From Alphaproteobacteria bacterium (GTDB lineage: Bacteria; Pseudomonadota; Alphaproteobacteria; UBA2966), in contig OZ219858.1 in the NCBI GenBank assembly GCA_964291395.2, positions 736,001 to 800,000 of the forward strand: a stretch of DNA of 64,000 bases. Reading direction: 5' to 3'. Below the pieces are notes generated by a model. It worked only from the letters and a program-made list of their open reading frames with translations. It had not been told where the DNA came from and did not search any database. Shown here piece by piece: positions 9,931-19,580 of this stretch. Each line of letters begins with the position of its first letter. Positions within the stretch are counted from its first letter, which is position 1. The position numbers and the translations under genes were made by a program.

Positions 9931-10392
9931 GTGAAGATCGAATCCCATTTCGAAAAGATCGAGCGGTTCGACGCGCTGAGGGAGCGTCTCGACCACTTCG
10001 AGGATTTCGAGATCTGGTTCTGGACCACCATGAACGCGGGCACCAACGCGGTGAACGCGGCATTACATGCCACGGGGATCACGGAGGACGGGTCCTGGTA
10101 TCCCCAGCAGCCCGGCGTCTACATGGTGGCGGACGACGAGCCCGGCACCTTCGTTCCCGCCTTCAAGCCGTTGGGCGACGTGCTGCACGTGGGCCGGCCG
10201 AAGATCGAGAAGCCGATCCCGGAGAAAGTCCAGCGCATCGCCGACCTCATGGACGTCATCGAAGAGTGGCGTGATCCCTGCGTGCGAGATGGCGAGCCCG
10301 TCACGCGGGAAATCGTCGACACGGTGGACACCGCCTACCGCGAGGTCGTCGCTCTGGCCCGCGAGGTGGCCGCCGAGGCGGCGGGAGGCTGA
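9931..10392 (+). CDS. Hypothetical helical protein, paralog of the next gene
   Basis: GGAGG RBS then GTG; GC3-rich codons; shares motifs with 10394..10774. Confidence 0.8.
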   Translation: MKIESHFEKIERFDALRERLDHFEDFEIWFWTTMNAGTNAVNAALHATGITEDGSWYPQQPGVYMVADDEPGTFVPAFKPLGDVLHVGRPKIEKPIPEKVQRIADLMDVIEEWRDPCVRDGEPVTREIVDTVDTAYREVVALAREVAAEAAGG

Positions 10393-10393
10393 G

Positions 10394-10774
10394 ATGGACA
10401 GCAAGGGGCACCGGGAGTTCGCCGAACGCATCATGGGCACCCTGGAAAAGCTCGGACCCGAGGACTACGAGATGACCATCGAGGGTGCCATGCTCGCCGC
10501 CACCCATTGGGTGAATTATGCGCTGCACGAGTTCGGGGTCACGGACGCGGACGACGACGTCCAACACACCTACTTCCTGAGCGGCAACGACTGGCAGAAG
10601 TACGGAATCGTCGCCGAGGAACTGCTGCAGGCGCTTGACGAGATCGAGAAGACGAGGCCGATGTACGTGCGCGGCGACGTGGCGGGCGGCGAGAAAGCGG
10701 CTACCCGCGCCTGCGAACTGCTGGCCCGCTCGAAGGAATTGGCCCTCGCCGCGGAGCCCTTGTCCGCACTCTAG
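10394..10774 (+). CDS. Hypothetical helical protein, paralog of the previous gene
   Basis: GGAGG RBS; ATG 1 nt after upstream TGA; VNYALH, DVQH, IEKTRPMYVR. Confidence 0.8.
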   Translation: MDSKGHREFAERIMGTLEKLGPEDYEMTIEGAMLAATHWVNYALHEFGVTDADDDVQHTYFLSGNDWQKYGIVAEELLQALDEIEKTRPMYVRGDVAGGEKAATRACELLARSKELALAAEPLSAL

Positions 10775-10874
10775 TCACCGCGACTGTCGGCCCCGGCGTC
10801 GCGTCGTCGTATCGGGACGTGAGTCGCGCTCGGCGTTGCGGGGACCGTCGAGACCATACTGGGAGAATGGGATC

Positions 10875-11783
10875 ATGGAACGCATCGGATTCATCGGCAT
10901 CGGGACCATGGGACGGCCGATGTCCGCCAACCTCGTCAAGGCGGACTATCCCATGACCGTCTACGACGTCGTGGCCGACGCGACCAGGCCGGTCGTCGAG
11001 CTCGGCGCTCGTGCCGCGGGTTCGATCGCGGAACTGACCGAGGCCAGCGACATCATCTTCACGATGGTGCCGAACTCGCCCGACGTCGAGGCGGTGGTTC
11101 TCGGTCCCGACGGTATCGTGGAGAACGGCCGCGAAGGGGTCATGGTCGTCGACACCAGCACCATCTATCCGGAGGTTACGGACAGGGTCGCCGCGGGCCT
11201 CGCCGATAGAGGAATGGAGTTCGTCGACGCGGGAGTCGGCCGTCAGCAGGTGCACGCGGAGGCGGGCGAGCTGATGTTCATGGTCGGCGCCACTGACGAG
11301 GGCATGGCGCGCGTCCGGCCCCTGCTTGAAATCATGGGCGATACCATCGTCCACGTCGGTCCGCCCGGCCAGGGCATCCGCATGAAGCTGATCAACAATC
11401 TGCTCGCCGGTTTCACCAATCAGGCCAGCGCCGACGCTATCGCCTTTGCGCTCAAGCTCGGCCTGCCCTTCGACAAGGTTATGGAGGTCTTGACCGGAAC
11501 GGCCGCCCGGACCGGCCATCTCTCCATCACCTGGCCCAACAAGATCTTCAAGGGCGACGACACGCCCGGCTTCTCCATCGCGCTTCAGGACAAGGACGTG
11601 AACTTGGCGCTACGACTCGCCGAGAGCATCGGCGCGCCTCTCGATCTCGGCGAGGCGACCCGGAAATCCTTCGTGTCGATGATCGAGCGTGGGTACGGCG
11701 GCAAGGACTTCTCCGCCGCTTTCGCCGCCGCCTGCGAGAAGGCCGGCGTCCCCTTGCCACCGCCCGGCGCCGAGAAGGGGTAG
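10875..11783 (+). CDS. beta-hydroxyacid dehydrogenase family, YihU-like
   Basis: GFIGIGTMG, DAGVGRQ, GIRMKLINN, LPFD, GTAA..GH...WPNK, recalled as close to E. coli YihU. Confidence 0.87.
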   Translation: MERIGFIGIGTMGRPMSANLVKADYPMTVYDVVADATRPVVELGARAAGSIAELTEASDIIFTMVPNSPDVEAVVLGPDGIVENGREGVMVVDTSTIYPEVTDRVAAGLADRGMEFVDAGVGRQQVHAEAGELMFMVGATDEGMARVRPLLEIMGDTIVHVGPPGQGIRMKLINNLLAGFTNQASADAIAFALKLGLPFDKVMEVLTGTAARTGHLSITWPNKIFKGDDTPGFSIALQDKDVNLALRLAESIGAPLDLGEATRKSFVSMIERGYGGKDFSAAFAAACEKAGVPLPPPGAEKG

Positions 11784-11831
11784 CGACCCTTCCCCCACAC
11801 CAGCCGTGCCGCCTGCACCCTTTTCCGATCT

Positions 11832-12908
11832 CTACATCACCGCCGGGATCTCGGTGTCGTCGAGGCCGGCGTCGCGCGCCACCTGACATATCTCGGCCCA
11901 GCTCACCGCGTCGATGGGCACACCCGACTCCGTCCGGGTCTTGAACGAGATCTGTTCCGGATCGCCCGGCACCAGGACCGCCTCTACGCCGGGGGCTGGG
12001 GGAGTCGATGTCAGGTATGCATAAAGCGCCTCGATCTCGGCGTCGTAGTAGGCGCGGTCGACCATGAGTTCCGGATCGAAGATTACCGACAAGAGTCCGT
12101 TGAGGGTGGCGCCGTCCCCATCCCGTTCCGCGAGCATCACGCCGCCGCCGGTGAGTGCGCCGGCGAACATCTCCGCCGCGACGCCAAGTGCGTAACCCTT
12201 GTGACCGCCGACGGGAAGCAGGGCTCCGGTAGGCGGTTCATAAAGGACGGCGGGGTCCGTCGTCGGATGGCCCTCGCTGTCGATGATCACGCCCTCCGGC
12301 ATGCGGTCTCCCCGATTGAGCGCCACGCGCACCTTGTTCATGGCGACGACGCTGGAGGCCATGTCGACGAGGATCGGCGGCGCGTTCCGCCGGGGAAAGG
12401 CCGCAGTGTAGGGCGCAGTCCCCATCCGGGGCGCGGCACCGCCGAAGGGCGCCACGATCGGCGGGCGATTCGTTCCGTTGGAGAAGTGCATGGAGACGAA
12501 CCCGGCTTCGGCGCACATTTCCGCCCACTCCCCGATGCGTCCGAGATGATGGGTATTACGGATGCCCATCAGAACGAACCGGTCGGTTCTCGCCTTGTCG
12601 ATGGCCAGGGCCATCGCCTCCCGGCCGACCGCCTGCCCATATCCTCTCTGACCGTCGACGATGAGGACCGGTCCTTCATTCTTGACGACCATGATGTTCC
12701 GGTTGGGCGCGATGCGTCCGTCGAGCGCCCGCTCCACATAGCGCGGCACGATGCTGACGCCATGGGAGTCGTGACCCATCAGCGAGGTCTCGACGAGCGA
12801 CGTCGCGATCGCCTCGGCCTCGGCGACACTGGACCCGATCCTCGTAAAGATTTCGCGGATGAAGTCGGTAAGAGCCGTGGGCTCGATATGGACGTCGGGT
12901 TGGCTCAT
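11832..12908 (-). CDS. Ldh_2 family 2-hydroxyacid dehydrogenase (YbiC/HcxB-like)
   Basis: GHDSHG, HHLGRIG, DMASS, GGHKGY, PGDPE. Confidence 0.9.
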   Translation of the reverse strand: MSQPDVHIEPTALTDFIREIFTRIGSSVAEAEAIATSLVETSLMGHDSHGVSIVPRYVERALDGRIAPNRNIMVVKNEGPVLIVDGQRGYGQAVGREAMALAIDKARTDRFVLMGIRNTHHLGRIGEWAEMCAEAGFVSMHFSNGTNRPPIVAPFGGAAPRMGTAPYTAAFPRRNAPPILVDMASSVVAMNKVRVALNRGDRMPEGVIIDSEGHPTTDPAVLYEPPTGALLPVGGHKGYALGVAAEMFAGALTGGGVMLAERDGDGATLNGLLSVIFDPELMVDRAYYDAEIEALYAYLTSTPPAPGVEAVLVPGDPEQISFKTRTESGVPIDAVSWAEICQVARDAGLDDTEIPAVM

Positions 12909-13080
12909 GAAAACTCGGGTCGAGGCTCCGGTCGGCGCTAGGGCTTACGGTGGCGGCCTGCATGAGGTCAAGCGCGTCGGAAGCCGGTCCGACTCGCCAC
13001 CATTCCCGGACCATGATAGCGTCTCGGCCAACGGGCGTCCGCGCGCCCGACCGCTGCACCCGAAGCAATGAGGGAACACG

Positions 13081-14394
13081 ATGGCTCAGGCTCTCACCAA
13101 TACTCTCGAACACCACTGGCTTCCGTTCACCGCGAACCGGCAATTCAAGGAAGAGCCGCGCCTGATGTCAAAGGCGGAGGGGATGTACTACTGGAATCAC
13201 AAGGGCGAGCGGATCATCGACGCATGTTCGGGACTGTTCTGCTGCGCCGCGGGCCACGGCCGCAAGGAAATCGCCGAGGCCGTCCAAAAGCAGTTGATGG
13301 AGATGGACTACGCGACGAGCTTCCAGCTCGGACATCCCTCGTCCTTCGAGCTCGCCTACCGGATCGCGGCAATGATGCCGGGAGACATCAACCGTGTGTT
13401 CTTCGCCAATTCCGGCTCCGAGGCTGTGGAAACGGCAATGAAGATCGCGTTGGCTTACTTCTGGGCCAAGGGCGAGGGCCAGCGTGTGCGCTTCGTCTCA
13501 CGCGAACGCGCTTACCACGGCGCGAACTTTGGCGGCACAGCATTGTCGGGCCTGGTCAAGAACCGCGAAGTTTACGGCACCGGCCTTCCCGGCGTGGTGC
13601 ACATGCGCCATACCCATCTGCCGGATCATGAGTTCGTCAAAGGACAGCCCGAGACCGGCGCCGAGATGGCCGACGATCTCTTGCGTTTCGTCCAGCTTTA
13701 CGGCGGCGGCACGATCGCGGCCTGCGTCGTGGAGCCGGCCGCGGGATCGACCGGTTGGCTGGTGCCGCCGAAAGGCTACCTCGATCGCCTGCGCGAGATC
13801 TGCGACGAGCACGGCATCTTGCTGATCTTCGACGAGGTCATCTGCGGATTCGGCCGGACGGGCAAGGCGTTCGCCGCACAGACCTTCGACGTGGTCCCGG
13901 ACATGATGATCATGGCCAAGGCGCTGACCAATGGCGCCCAACCGATGTCGGCGGCCGCCATCCGGGAGGAGATCTACGACACCATCGTCGATCAGGCGCC
14001 GGAAAACGCGATCGAGCTGTTTCACGGCTACACCTATTCGGCACATCCGGCCGCCTGCGCGGCCGCCATCGCGGCACAGGACATCTATGAGAAGGACAAG
14101 CTGTTCGAGCGGGGCGAGGAGATGTCGCCCTACTTCGTGGATGCCGTCATGGATCTCCGGGACATCCCGATCGTCGAGAACATCCGGGCACAGGGGATGA
14201 TGGCGGGCATCGATCTCGCGTCGGCCGAGCGGCCGGGAACCCGGGGGTTCGATGCGCAGATCAAGCTGTTCAATGCGGGCCTCCATCTCAAGACGACTGG
14301 GGACTGCGCCCTCGTGGCACCGGCATTGATCGCCGAAAAGAACCACATCGACGAGATATCCGGCGTGCTGCGGGACGTCCTGAGCAGCTACTAG
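13081..14394 (+). CDS. omega-amino acid (beta-alanine):pyruvate aminotransferase, class III
   Basis: WLPFTANRQFK, SGSEA, AYHG, FDEVICGFGR, AKALTNG, FHGYTYSAHP (BauA-like). Confidence 0.92.
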   Translation: MAQALTNTLEHHWLPFTANRQFKEEPRLMSKAEGMYYWNHKGERIIDACSGLFCCAAGHGRKEIAEAVQKQLMEMDYATSFQLGHPSSFELAYRIAAMMPGDINRVFFANSGSEAVETAMKIALAYFWAKGEGQRVRFVSRERAYHGANFGGTALSGLVKNREVYGTGLPGVVHMRHTHLPDHEFVKGQPETGAEMADDLLRFVQLYGGGTIAACVVEPAAGSTGWLVPPKGYLDRLREICDEHGILLIFDEVICGFGRTGKAFAAQTFDVVPDMMIMAKALTNGAQPMSAAAIREEIYDTIVDQAPENAIELFHGYTYSAHPAACAAAIAAQDIYEKDKLFERGEEMSPYFVDAVMDLRDIPIVENIRAQGMMAGIDLASAERPGTRGFDAQIKLFNAGLHLKTTGDCALVAPALIAEKNHIDEISGVLRDVLSSY

Positions 14395-14444
14395 CCGGCG
14401 CGGCCGTCCGGGTCGCAGAGCGGAATTTGCTGCGGGGGATAGGA

Positions 14445-15230
14445 ATGGATCTCGGGCTCGATGGAAAAGTCGCGGTCGTCGCCGGCGGCAGCCGCGGCAT
14501 CGGCAAGGGGATCGCCCGCAAGCTGGCGGAAGAAGGCTGCGATCTTCTGCTGGTAGCGGTCACGGAAACGAACCTGAAGGCCGCGTGCGAGGAAATCGCG
14601 GCGAAGACCGATCGTCGGGTGGAGATCTGCGCGGTCGATCTCGGTGGCCCGAAGGGCGCGGATACGGCGCTCGACGTCGCAACTTCCACATACGGACGGA
14701 CGGACATCCTGGTGAATTCCGCCGGCGTCGCCGTCGGCGGCGCCTTTCTCGATCTCACGGACGAGGTCTGGCAGCGGGGCTTCGGACCCAAACTGTTCGG
14801 CACGGTCCGCATGTGCCAGCGATTCTGGCCCATGCTCAGGGAAGCGAACGGATCGGTCGTCAATATCGCCGGAACCCGCGGGAAGGTGCCCGCCCATGAT
14901 TTCATGGTCAATTCGGCGGTGAACGCCGCGTTGATGAATTTCACCAAGGCGCTCGCCGGTCTCGGCCTCATCGACGACGTGAACGTCAATTGCGTCATCC
15001 CTGGCCAGACCAAGACCGATCTCCTCTACGACAACTTCCGTCAGGCGGCAAAGATGGACAGCTCGACGCCCGAGGAGGTGGAGAAGAAGCGGATCGCCGC
15101 GACCGGACTGCGCCGCTTCGGCGAGCCCGAGGACATCGCAAATCTCGTGGCGTTTCTCGTCTCGCCCCTGGGCCGGCACGTGCACGGCGCCATGCTCCCC
15201 GTCGATGGAGGCACCGACAAGGCGCTCTGA
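14445..15230 (+). CDS. Atypical SDR oxidoreductase (no YxxxK)
   Basis: AGGSRGIG, VNSAG, NAALMNFTKAL, VDGG. Confidence 0.88.
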   Translation: MDLGLDGKVAVVAGGSRGIGKGIARKLAEEGCDLLLVAVTETNLKAACEEIAAKTDRRVEICAVDLGGPKGADTALDVATSTYGRTDILVNSAGVAVGGAFLDLTDEVWQRGFGPKLFGTVRMCQRFWPMLREANGSVVNIAGTRGKVPAHDFMVNSAVNAALMNFTKALAGLGLIDDVNVNCVIPGQTKTDLLYDNFRQAAKMDSSTPEEVEKKRIAATGLRRFGEPEDIANLVAFLVSPLGRHVHGAMLPVDGGTDKAL

Positions 15231-15239
15231 GCGCTCTCG

Positions 15240-16106
15240 CTAGATCTTCCCGCCCCTGACGAAGGGATAGATGCGCGTAATGTCGGCCTCCGGATCGGCG
15301 TCGTAGAACTCCCGGAAACCCTCGACGATCTCCTTGCTGACCCGGTCCGCCGTCCCGGCGTCGGTCTGGGCATCGCGATACAGGTCGATGTCCTTCTGCA
15401 ACAGCTTGGCGGTGAAACCCCGGTCGAACGTTCCCGGGATGATGTTCACGGGAAACTTGGTCACGGTGGCGTCGTTGCGTCCCGACGAGGAGTTGAGAAC
15501 GTCGACCATGAGCTCGAGGTCGAGCCCAACGGCCTCGCCGAAGGCGATGGCCTCGCTCGTCGCGATCATCGAAGTCGCCGACAGGAAGTTGTTAAGGATT
15601 TTCATGGCCTGGCCCTGGCCCGGTTCGGTACCCACCAGGAACGGCTTGCCGATGCTCTCCAGAAGCGGCTTGAGCCGCTCGAACGCCTCCTCCGGACCGG
15701 CGAACATGATGGCGATGGTGCCGGCGATGGCACCGGGGACGCCGCCCGAGACGGGCGCGTCGTAGAAGGCGATCTCCGAATCCCGGCAGCGGACGCTCGC
15801 GGTCCGGGCGGCGGCCACGCCGCTGGTAGAGACGTCGATGATCGTCGAAGTCCTGCGGTCGTTGGTCGCGATGATCTCTTCCGTGACCTCCTGCATCGCG
15901 TCCCCATCCGGCAGACTCATCATGACGATGTCGGACCGGGCCGCCACGTCGCCGGCGTCGCGACCCAACGTGGCGCCTTCCGGTAAGCGCTCCGCGGTGC
16001 CTGCGATGTCATAGCCGACGATGGGGTACCCGGAATTGAAGAGATTCGTCGAAATCGGCCTCCCCATGTTGCCGAGGCCGATGAACCCCACTGTCTCTTT
16101 GGTCAT
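15240..16106 (-). CDS. 3-hydroxyisobutyrate dehydrogenase family oxidoreductase
   Basis: GFIGLGNMG, DAPVSGG, KILNN. Confidence 0.9.
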   Translation of the reverse strand: MTKETVGFIGLGNMGRPISTNLFNSGYPIVGYDIAGTAERLPEGATLGRDAGDVAARSDIVMMSLPDGDAMQEVTEEIIATNDRRTSTIIDVSTSGVAAARTASVRCRDSEIAFYDAPVSGGVPGAIAGTIAIMFAGPEEAFERLKPLLESIGKPFLVGTEPGQGQAMKILNNFLSATSMIATSEAIAFGEAVGLDLELMVDVLNSSSGRNDATVTKFPVNIIPGTFDRGFTAKLLQKDIDLYRDAQTDAGTADRVSKEIVEGFREFYDADPEADITRIYPFVRGGKI

Positions 16107-16116
16107 GCGACCTCCG

Positions 16117-16500
16117 CTACGATGACGGCTGCTCGTCGAGGACCTGCTTGGCGATGCGGAAGCTTTCCACACCTGCGGGGAAGCCGCAGTACAGCGAGAT
16201 CTGCAGCAATACTTCGTTGAGGTCCTTCAACGTCAGCCCGTTGCGCATGGCGCCCCGGAAATGGCCGGCGAACTCCTGGCTCTTGCCCATGGCCGCCAGC
16301 ATGCCGAGGTTGAGGATGCTGCGTTCCCGCTTGGAAAGACCGTCTTCACGCCCCCAGGCTCCACCCCACGCCATTTCGGTGACGTATTCCTGGAACTCCT
16401 TTCCGAACTCGCCGGCATTCTCCATGACCCGCGAAACGTAATCCTCGCCCATCACTTCCTTGCGCATTTTGAGGCCGCGTTCGTAGCGTTCCTTGTCCAT
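16117..16500 (-). CDS. Carboxymuconolactone decarboxylase (CMD/AhpD) family protein
   Basis: RYERGL..RKEVMG, AWGGAWGR, LSKRERS, YCGFPAG. Confidence 0.9.
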   Translation of the reverse strand: MDKERYERGLKMRKEVMGEDYVSRVMENAGEFGKEFQEYVTEMAWGGAWGREDGLSKRERSILNLGMLAAMGKSQEFAGHFRGAMRNGLTLKDLNEVLLQISLYCGFPAGVESFRIAKQVLDEQPSS

Positions 16501-16748
16501 CTCCGGCTCCTCCCTTCCGGTTTGCGGCTGGCATCCCGCGAGGATCGCGGGATTCGGCGCCATTATGGTACTCCCGCCCGTTCGGGCAAATCGGCGGCGC
16601 CCCGCACAGCCCGCTCCTCCCCGCTCAACCCGATAGGCGCCGCCGGTCTCATGGCTCCCGACAACGACTCGATATCGCCGTAATGAACGTATTTAATGCC
16701 ATCAGATACTAGCCTGTCCGTCTGGACGGCTTTCGCATTGGGAGGCGG

Positions 16749-17420
16749 ATGGCGGACTATCCCTTTCTCGTGCTCTCGGACGGCACCGTGACGATGCTCG
16801 CGCCTCATGTCTATCGGCGCCAGGATGCTTCCGACGATGAGATGTTCTATGCCGTTCCCCGTCTGGTGACGCATATCGATGACGGCGCGTGCACTGCCCT
16901 CGCCGCCTTTTACGAGGAAACCCTCGAGCCCGGCGCCGACGTGCTCGACCTCATGTCGAGCTGCGTCTCCCATCTGCCTGCCGGCGTGGCATACGGAGAC
17001 ATCGTCGGGCTCGGGATGAACCACACGGAGCTTCGGGAGAACCCCCGATTGTCGCGGCACGTGGTCCACAACCTCAATCGCGACACGCGGCTGCCGTTTG
17101 GCGACGACTCGTTCGATGCTTGCCTGTTGGCCCTGTCGATCCAGTATCTGGTGCGGCCCGTGGAGGTGTTCCGCGACGTGGGCCGCGTTCTGAGATCCGG
17201 CGCGCCGATGATCGTGTCCTATTCGAATCGCCTGTTTCCGACCAAAGCGGTTATGATTTGGCAAATGCTCCATGCCGTGGATCAGGGCCGTCTTGTCGCA
17301 CACTACTTCGAGGCAGCGGGGTGTTTCGATGCTCCCGATATCAAAGACCTCAGACCCGATCCGGGGAACTCGGATCCCCTGTACGCGGTCGTCGCGCGGC
17401 ACCGCGACTCCGTCGGCTGA
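16749..17420 (+). CDS. Class I SAM-dependent methyltransferase (type 11)
   Basis: FYAVPRLVTHIDD, LDLMSS, SNRLFPTKA, DPLYAV. Confidence 0.85.
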   Translation: MADYPFLVLSDGTVTMLAPHVYRRQDASDDEMFYAVPRLVTHIDDGACTALAAFYEETLEPGADVLDLMSSCVSHLPAGVAYGDIVGLGMNHTELRENPRLSRHVVHNLNRDTRLPFGDDSFDACLLALSIQYLVRPVEVFRDVGRVLRSGAPMIVSYSNRLFPTKAVMIWQMLHAVDQGRLVAHYFEAAGCFDAPDIKDLRPDPGNSDPLYAVVARHRDSVG

Positions 17421-17444
17421 TGTCCACGTCTTGAGATCCTTTCG

Positions 17445-18341
17445 ATGACGATAAGCGTAACGCCCTTGGGCGAGTCGTTCGGCGCGGAAATCGGCAATGT
17501 CGATTTGACCGCGTCGCTGGACGAGGCGACGTTCTTGGAGATCAAGGGCGTTCTCGTCGAAAGGCAGGTCGCCGTGATCTCGGAGGTGCCCGCTGATGTC
17601 GAAGTCCTGGTCGGCTTCGGGCGCCGCTTTGGCACGTTCAGGCCTCACATTCTCACCCAGTATCGCCATCCCGAGGCCGACGAGATCGCGGTCATCTCCA
17701 ACGACCCCGAGTCCGGTTTCGGCCGCACGACGAAACGCCCCGCCGGCTCTTTCTGGCATGCCGACCTGACTTACGAGGAAAAACCGTGTGACGTCTCGTT
17801 TCTCTATTCGGTGCAGGTGCCGGAGGAGGGCGGAGATACCCGGTTCGCCGACATGGCCGGCGCTTACGATGCGTTGCCCAGCGCGCTCAAGGACAGGATC
17901 GAGGGTCTGACCGCGATTCATCGCTACGGTGGCCGCAATCCCAGCGACTCGATCGTGAAACTCTCGGACGAACAGCACGCAGCGCACCCCGAAGTGGAGC
18001 ACCCGGTCGTCAAGGCGATCCCCGAGACAGGCCGCAAGTCCCTCTACGTGAGTCCCGGCTGGACAGTTCGGATCGTCGGCTATTCGGAAGAAGACAGCGA
18101 CGACTTGCTCGAAGAGCTGTACCGGCACGCACTGCGACGCCGGTTCCAATACCGGCACAAATGGCGGGACCGCCAGATCGTATTTTTCGATAACCGGTCG
18201 ACCATGCACAGCGCCACACCCGACTATCCCGCCGATGCCAAACGGACGCTCTACCGCATGTTCGTGGCCTTCGACGACGATGCCCGAGCGGAGCGGGACG
18301 GAGACTCCCTGACGCCGTCCGCACGGGGCCACCGCGACTAG
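17445..18341 (+). CDS. TauD/TfdA Fe(II)/2-oxoglutarate dioxygenase
   Basis: WHAD, GGDTRFAD, HPVV, DNRSTMH, final R. Confidence 0.93.
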   Translation: MTISVTPLGESFGAEIGNVDLTASLDEATFLEIKGVLVERQVAVISEVPADVEVLVGFGRRFGTFRPHILTQYRHPEADEIAVISNDPESGFGRTTKRPAGSFWHADLTYEEKPCDVSFLYSVQVPEEGGDTRFADMAGAYDALPSALKDRIEGLTAIHRYGGRNPSDSIVKLSDEQHAAHPEVEHPVVKAIPETGRKSLYVSPGWTVRIVGYSEEDSDDLLEELYRHALRRRFQYRHKWRDRQIVFFDNRSTMHSATPDYPADAKRTLYRMFVAFDDDARAERDGDSLTPSARGHRD

Positions 18342-18415
18342 TCAACCTTCTTGAGACCAATTGGTGCAGATGGACGGCCAATAGACGCTTGTGCGACGAA
18401 CGGGGCTCGGTCACC

Positions 18416-19543
18416 ATGCCGTCCATGACTCCCTTCCGCATGGGCCACGCGGCATCGTCCGATTGGCACGGCGCTCTGCGGAGAGCGCTCATCATGGCGG
18501 ACATCCCGCGTGATCAGGCGAATGTTGGCTTTCTCTATGTCACGGATCATTTCGCCGACGACGTCCAGGACATCCAGGTCGAACTGCAGACCCGAACGGG
18601 AATCGAAACCTGGGTCGGCACGACAGGAATCGGGATATGTGCCACGGGCATCGAGTACTTCGATGAGCCCGCCCTTGCGCTTCTCGTTTGCTCGATCCCG
18701 GGTGAAGCGATTCATTTGCTCGATACGGGTTCGGATGCACCCGACGAGGCGTCGGCGAAGCTGGCGGGCGCGTTGGGAACGCGCGAAGGGCGGTTCGGCC
18801 TCGTGCACGCCGATCCTCACAATGCCGATCTGGGCGAATTGATCCCGGCGGTCGTCGAGGCCACAGGGGCTTTCCTTGTCGGGGGCCTGACATCGTCACG
18901 CGGCGCTCATCCGCAGCTCGCGGGCACGGTGACCGCGGGCGGCGTATCGGGTGTGCTGTTCGAACCGGACGTCGCCGTCGCGACGGGACTGACCCAAGGA
19001 TGTACCCCTATCGGTCCGGTACACGAGGTGACCGACTGTCAGGAGAACATCATCGTTACGCTGGATGAACGGCCCGCTCTCGAAGTTCTGAAGGAGGATA
19101 TCGGAGAAGTTCTGGCGCGTGATCTCCGGCGCATCGGCGGCTACATCTATGTGGCCTTTCCCGTAAGCGGGGCGGACCGGCCCGACTATCTCGTCCGCAA
19201 TATCCTCGCCGTCGATCCGGCCGCTCACGTGTTTGCCGTTGGCGCCGTTGTCGACAAGGGAGACACCATCATGATCTGCCGCCGAGACGGGCAGGCGGCA
19301 CATCTGGATCTCACGCGGATGCTCGAGGATCTCGGCCAGCGGGTCGGCGAATCACGGCCACGGGGCGGCATCTATCACTCCTGCTTGGCACGCGGGCCAA
19401 ATCTGTTCGGTTCTAACTCGGAAGAGCTTCGAACCATTCAGGACGCGCTCGGCGATGTGCCCCTCGTCGGCATGTTTTGCAACGGTGAGATCAGCCATCA
19501 GCGGCTGTACGGATATACCGGCGTCCTCTCGCTGTTCCTCTAG
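18416..19543 (+). CDS. FIST N/C domain sensory protein
   Basis: GGLTSSR, TQGCTPIG, SCLARG, CNGEI, YGYTGVL; start uncertain. Confidence 0.88.
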   Translation: MPSMTPFRMGHAASSDWHGALRRALIMADIPRDQANVGFLYVTDHFADDVQDIQVELQTRTGIETWVGTTGIGICATGIEYFDEPALALLVCSIPGEAIHLLDTGSDAPDEASAKLAGALGTREGRFGLVHADPHNADLGELIPAVVEATGAFLVGGLTSSRGAHPQLAGTVTAGGVSGVLFEPDVAVATGLTQGCTPIGPVHEVTDCQENIIVTLDERPALEVLKEDIGEVLARDLRRIGGYIYVAFPVSGADRPDYLVRNILAVDPAAHVFAVGAVVDKGDTIMICRRDGQAAHLDLTRMLEDLGQRVGESRPRGGIYHSCLARGPNLFGSNSEELRTIQDALGDVPLVGMFCNGEISHQRLYGYTGVLSLFL

Positions 19544-19580
19544 TCGATGCTCCCGGTGGACCGCCGCGCCTGGGCCTTCG

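Noticed and set aside
16563-18332. 589-aa minus-strand ORF
   Set aside because: Antisense shadow of the methyltransferase and TauD genes; no motifs; common in high-GC DNA
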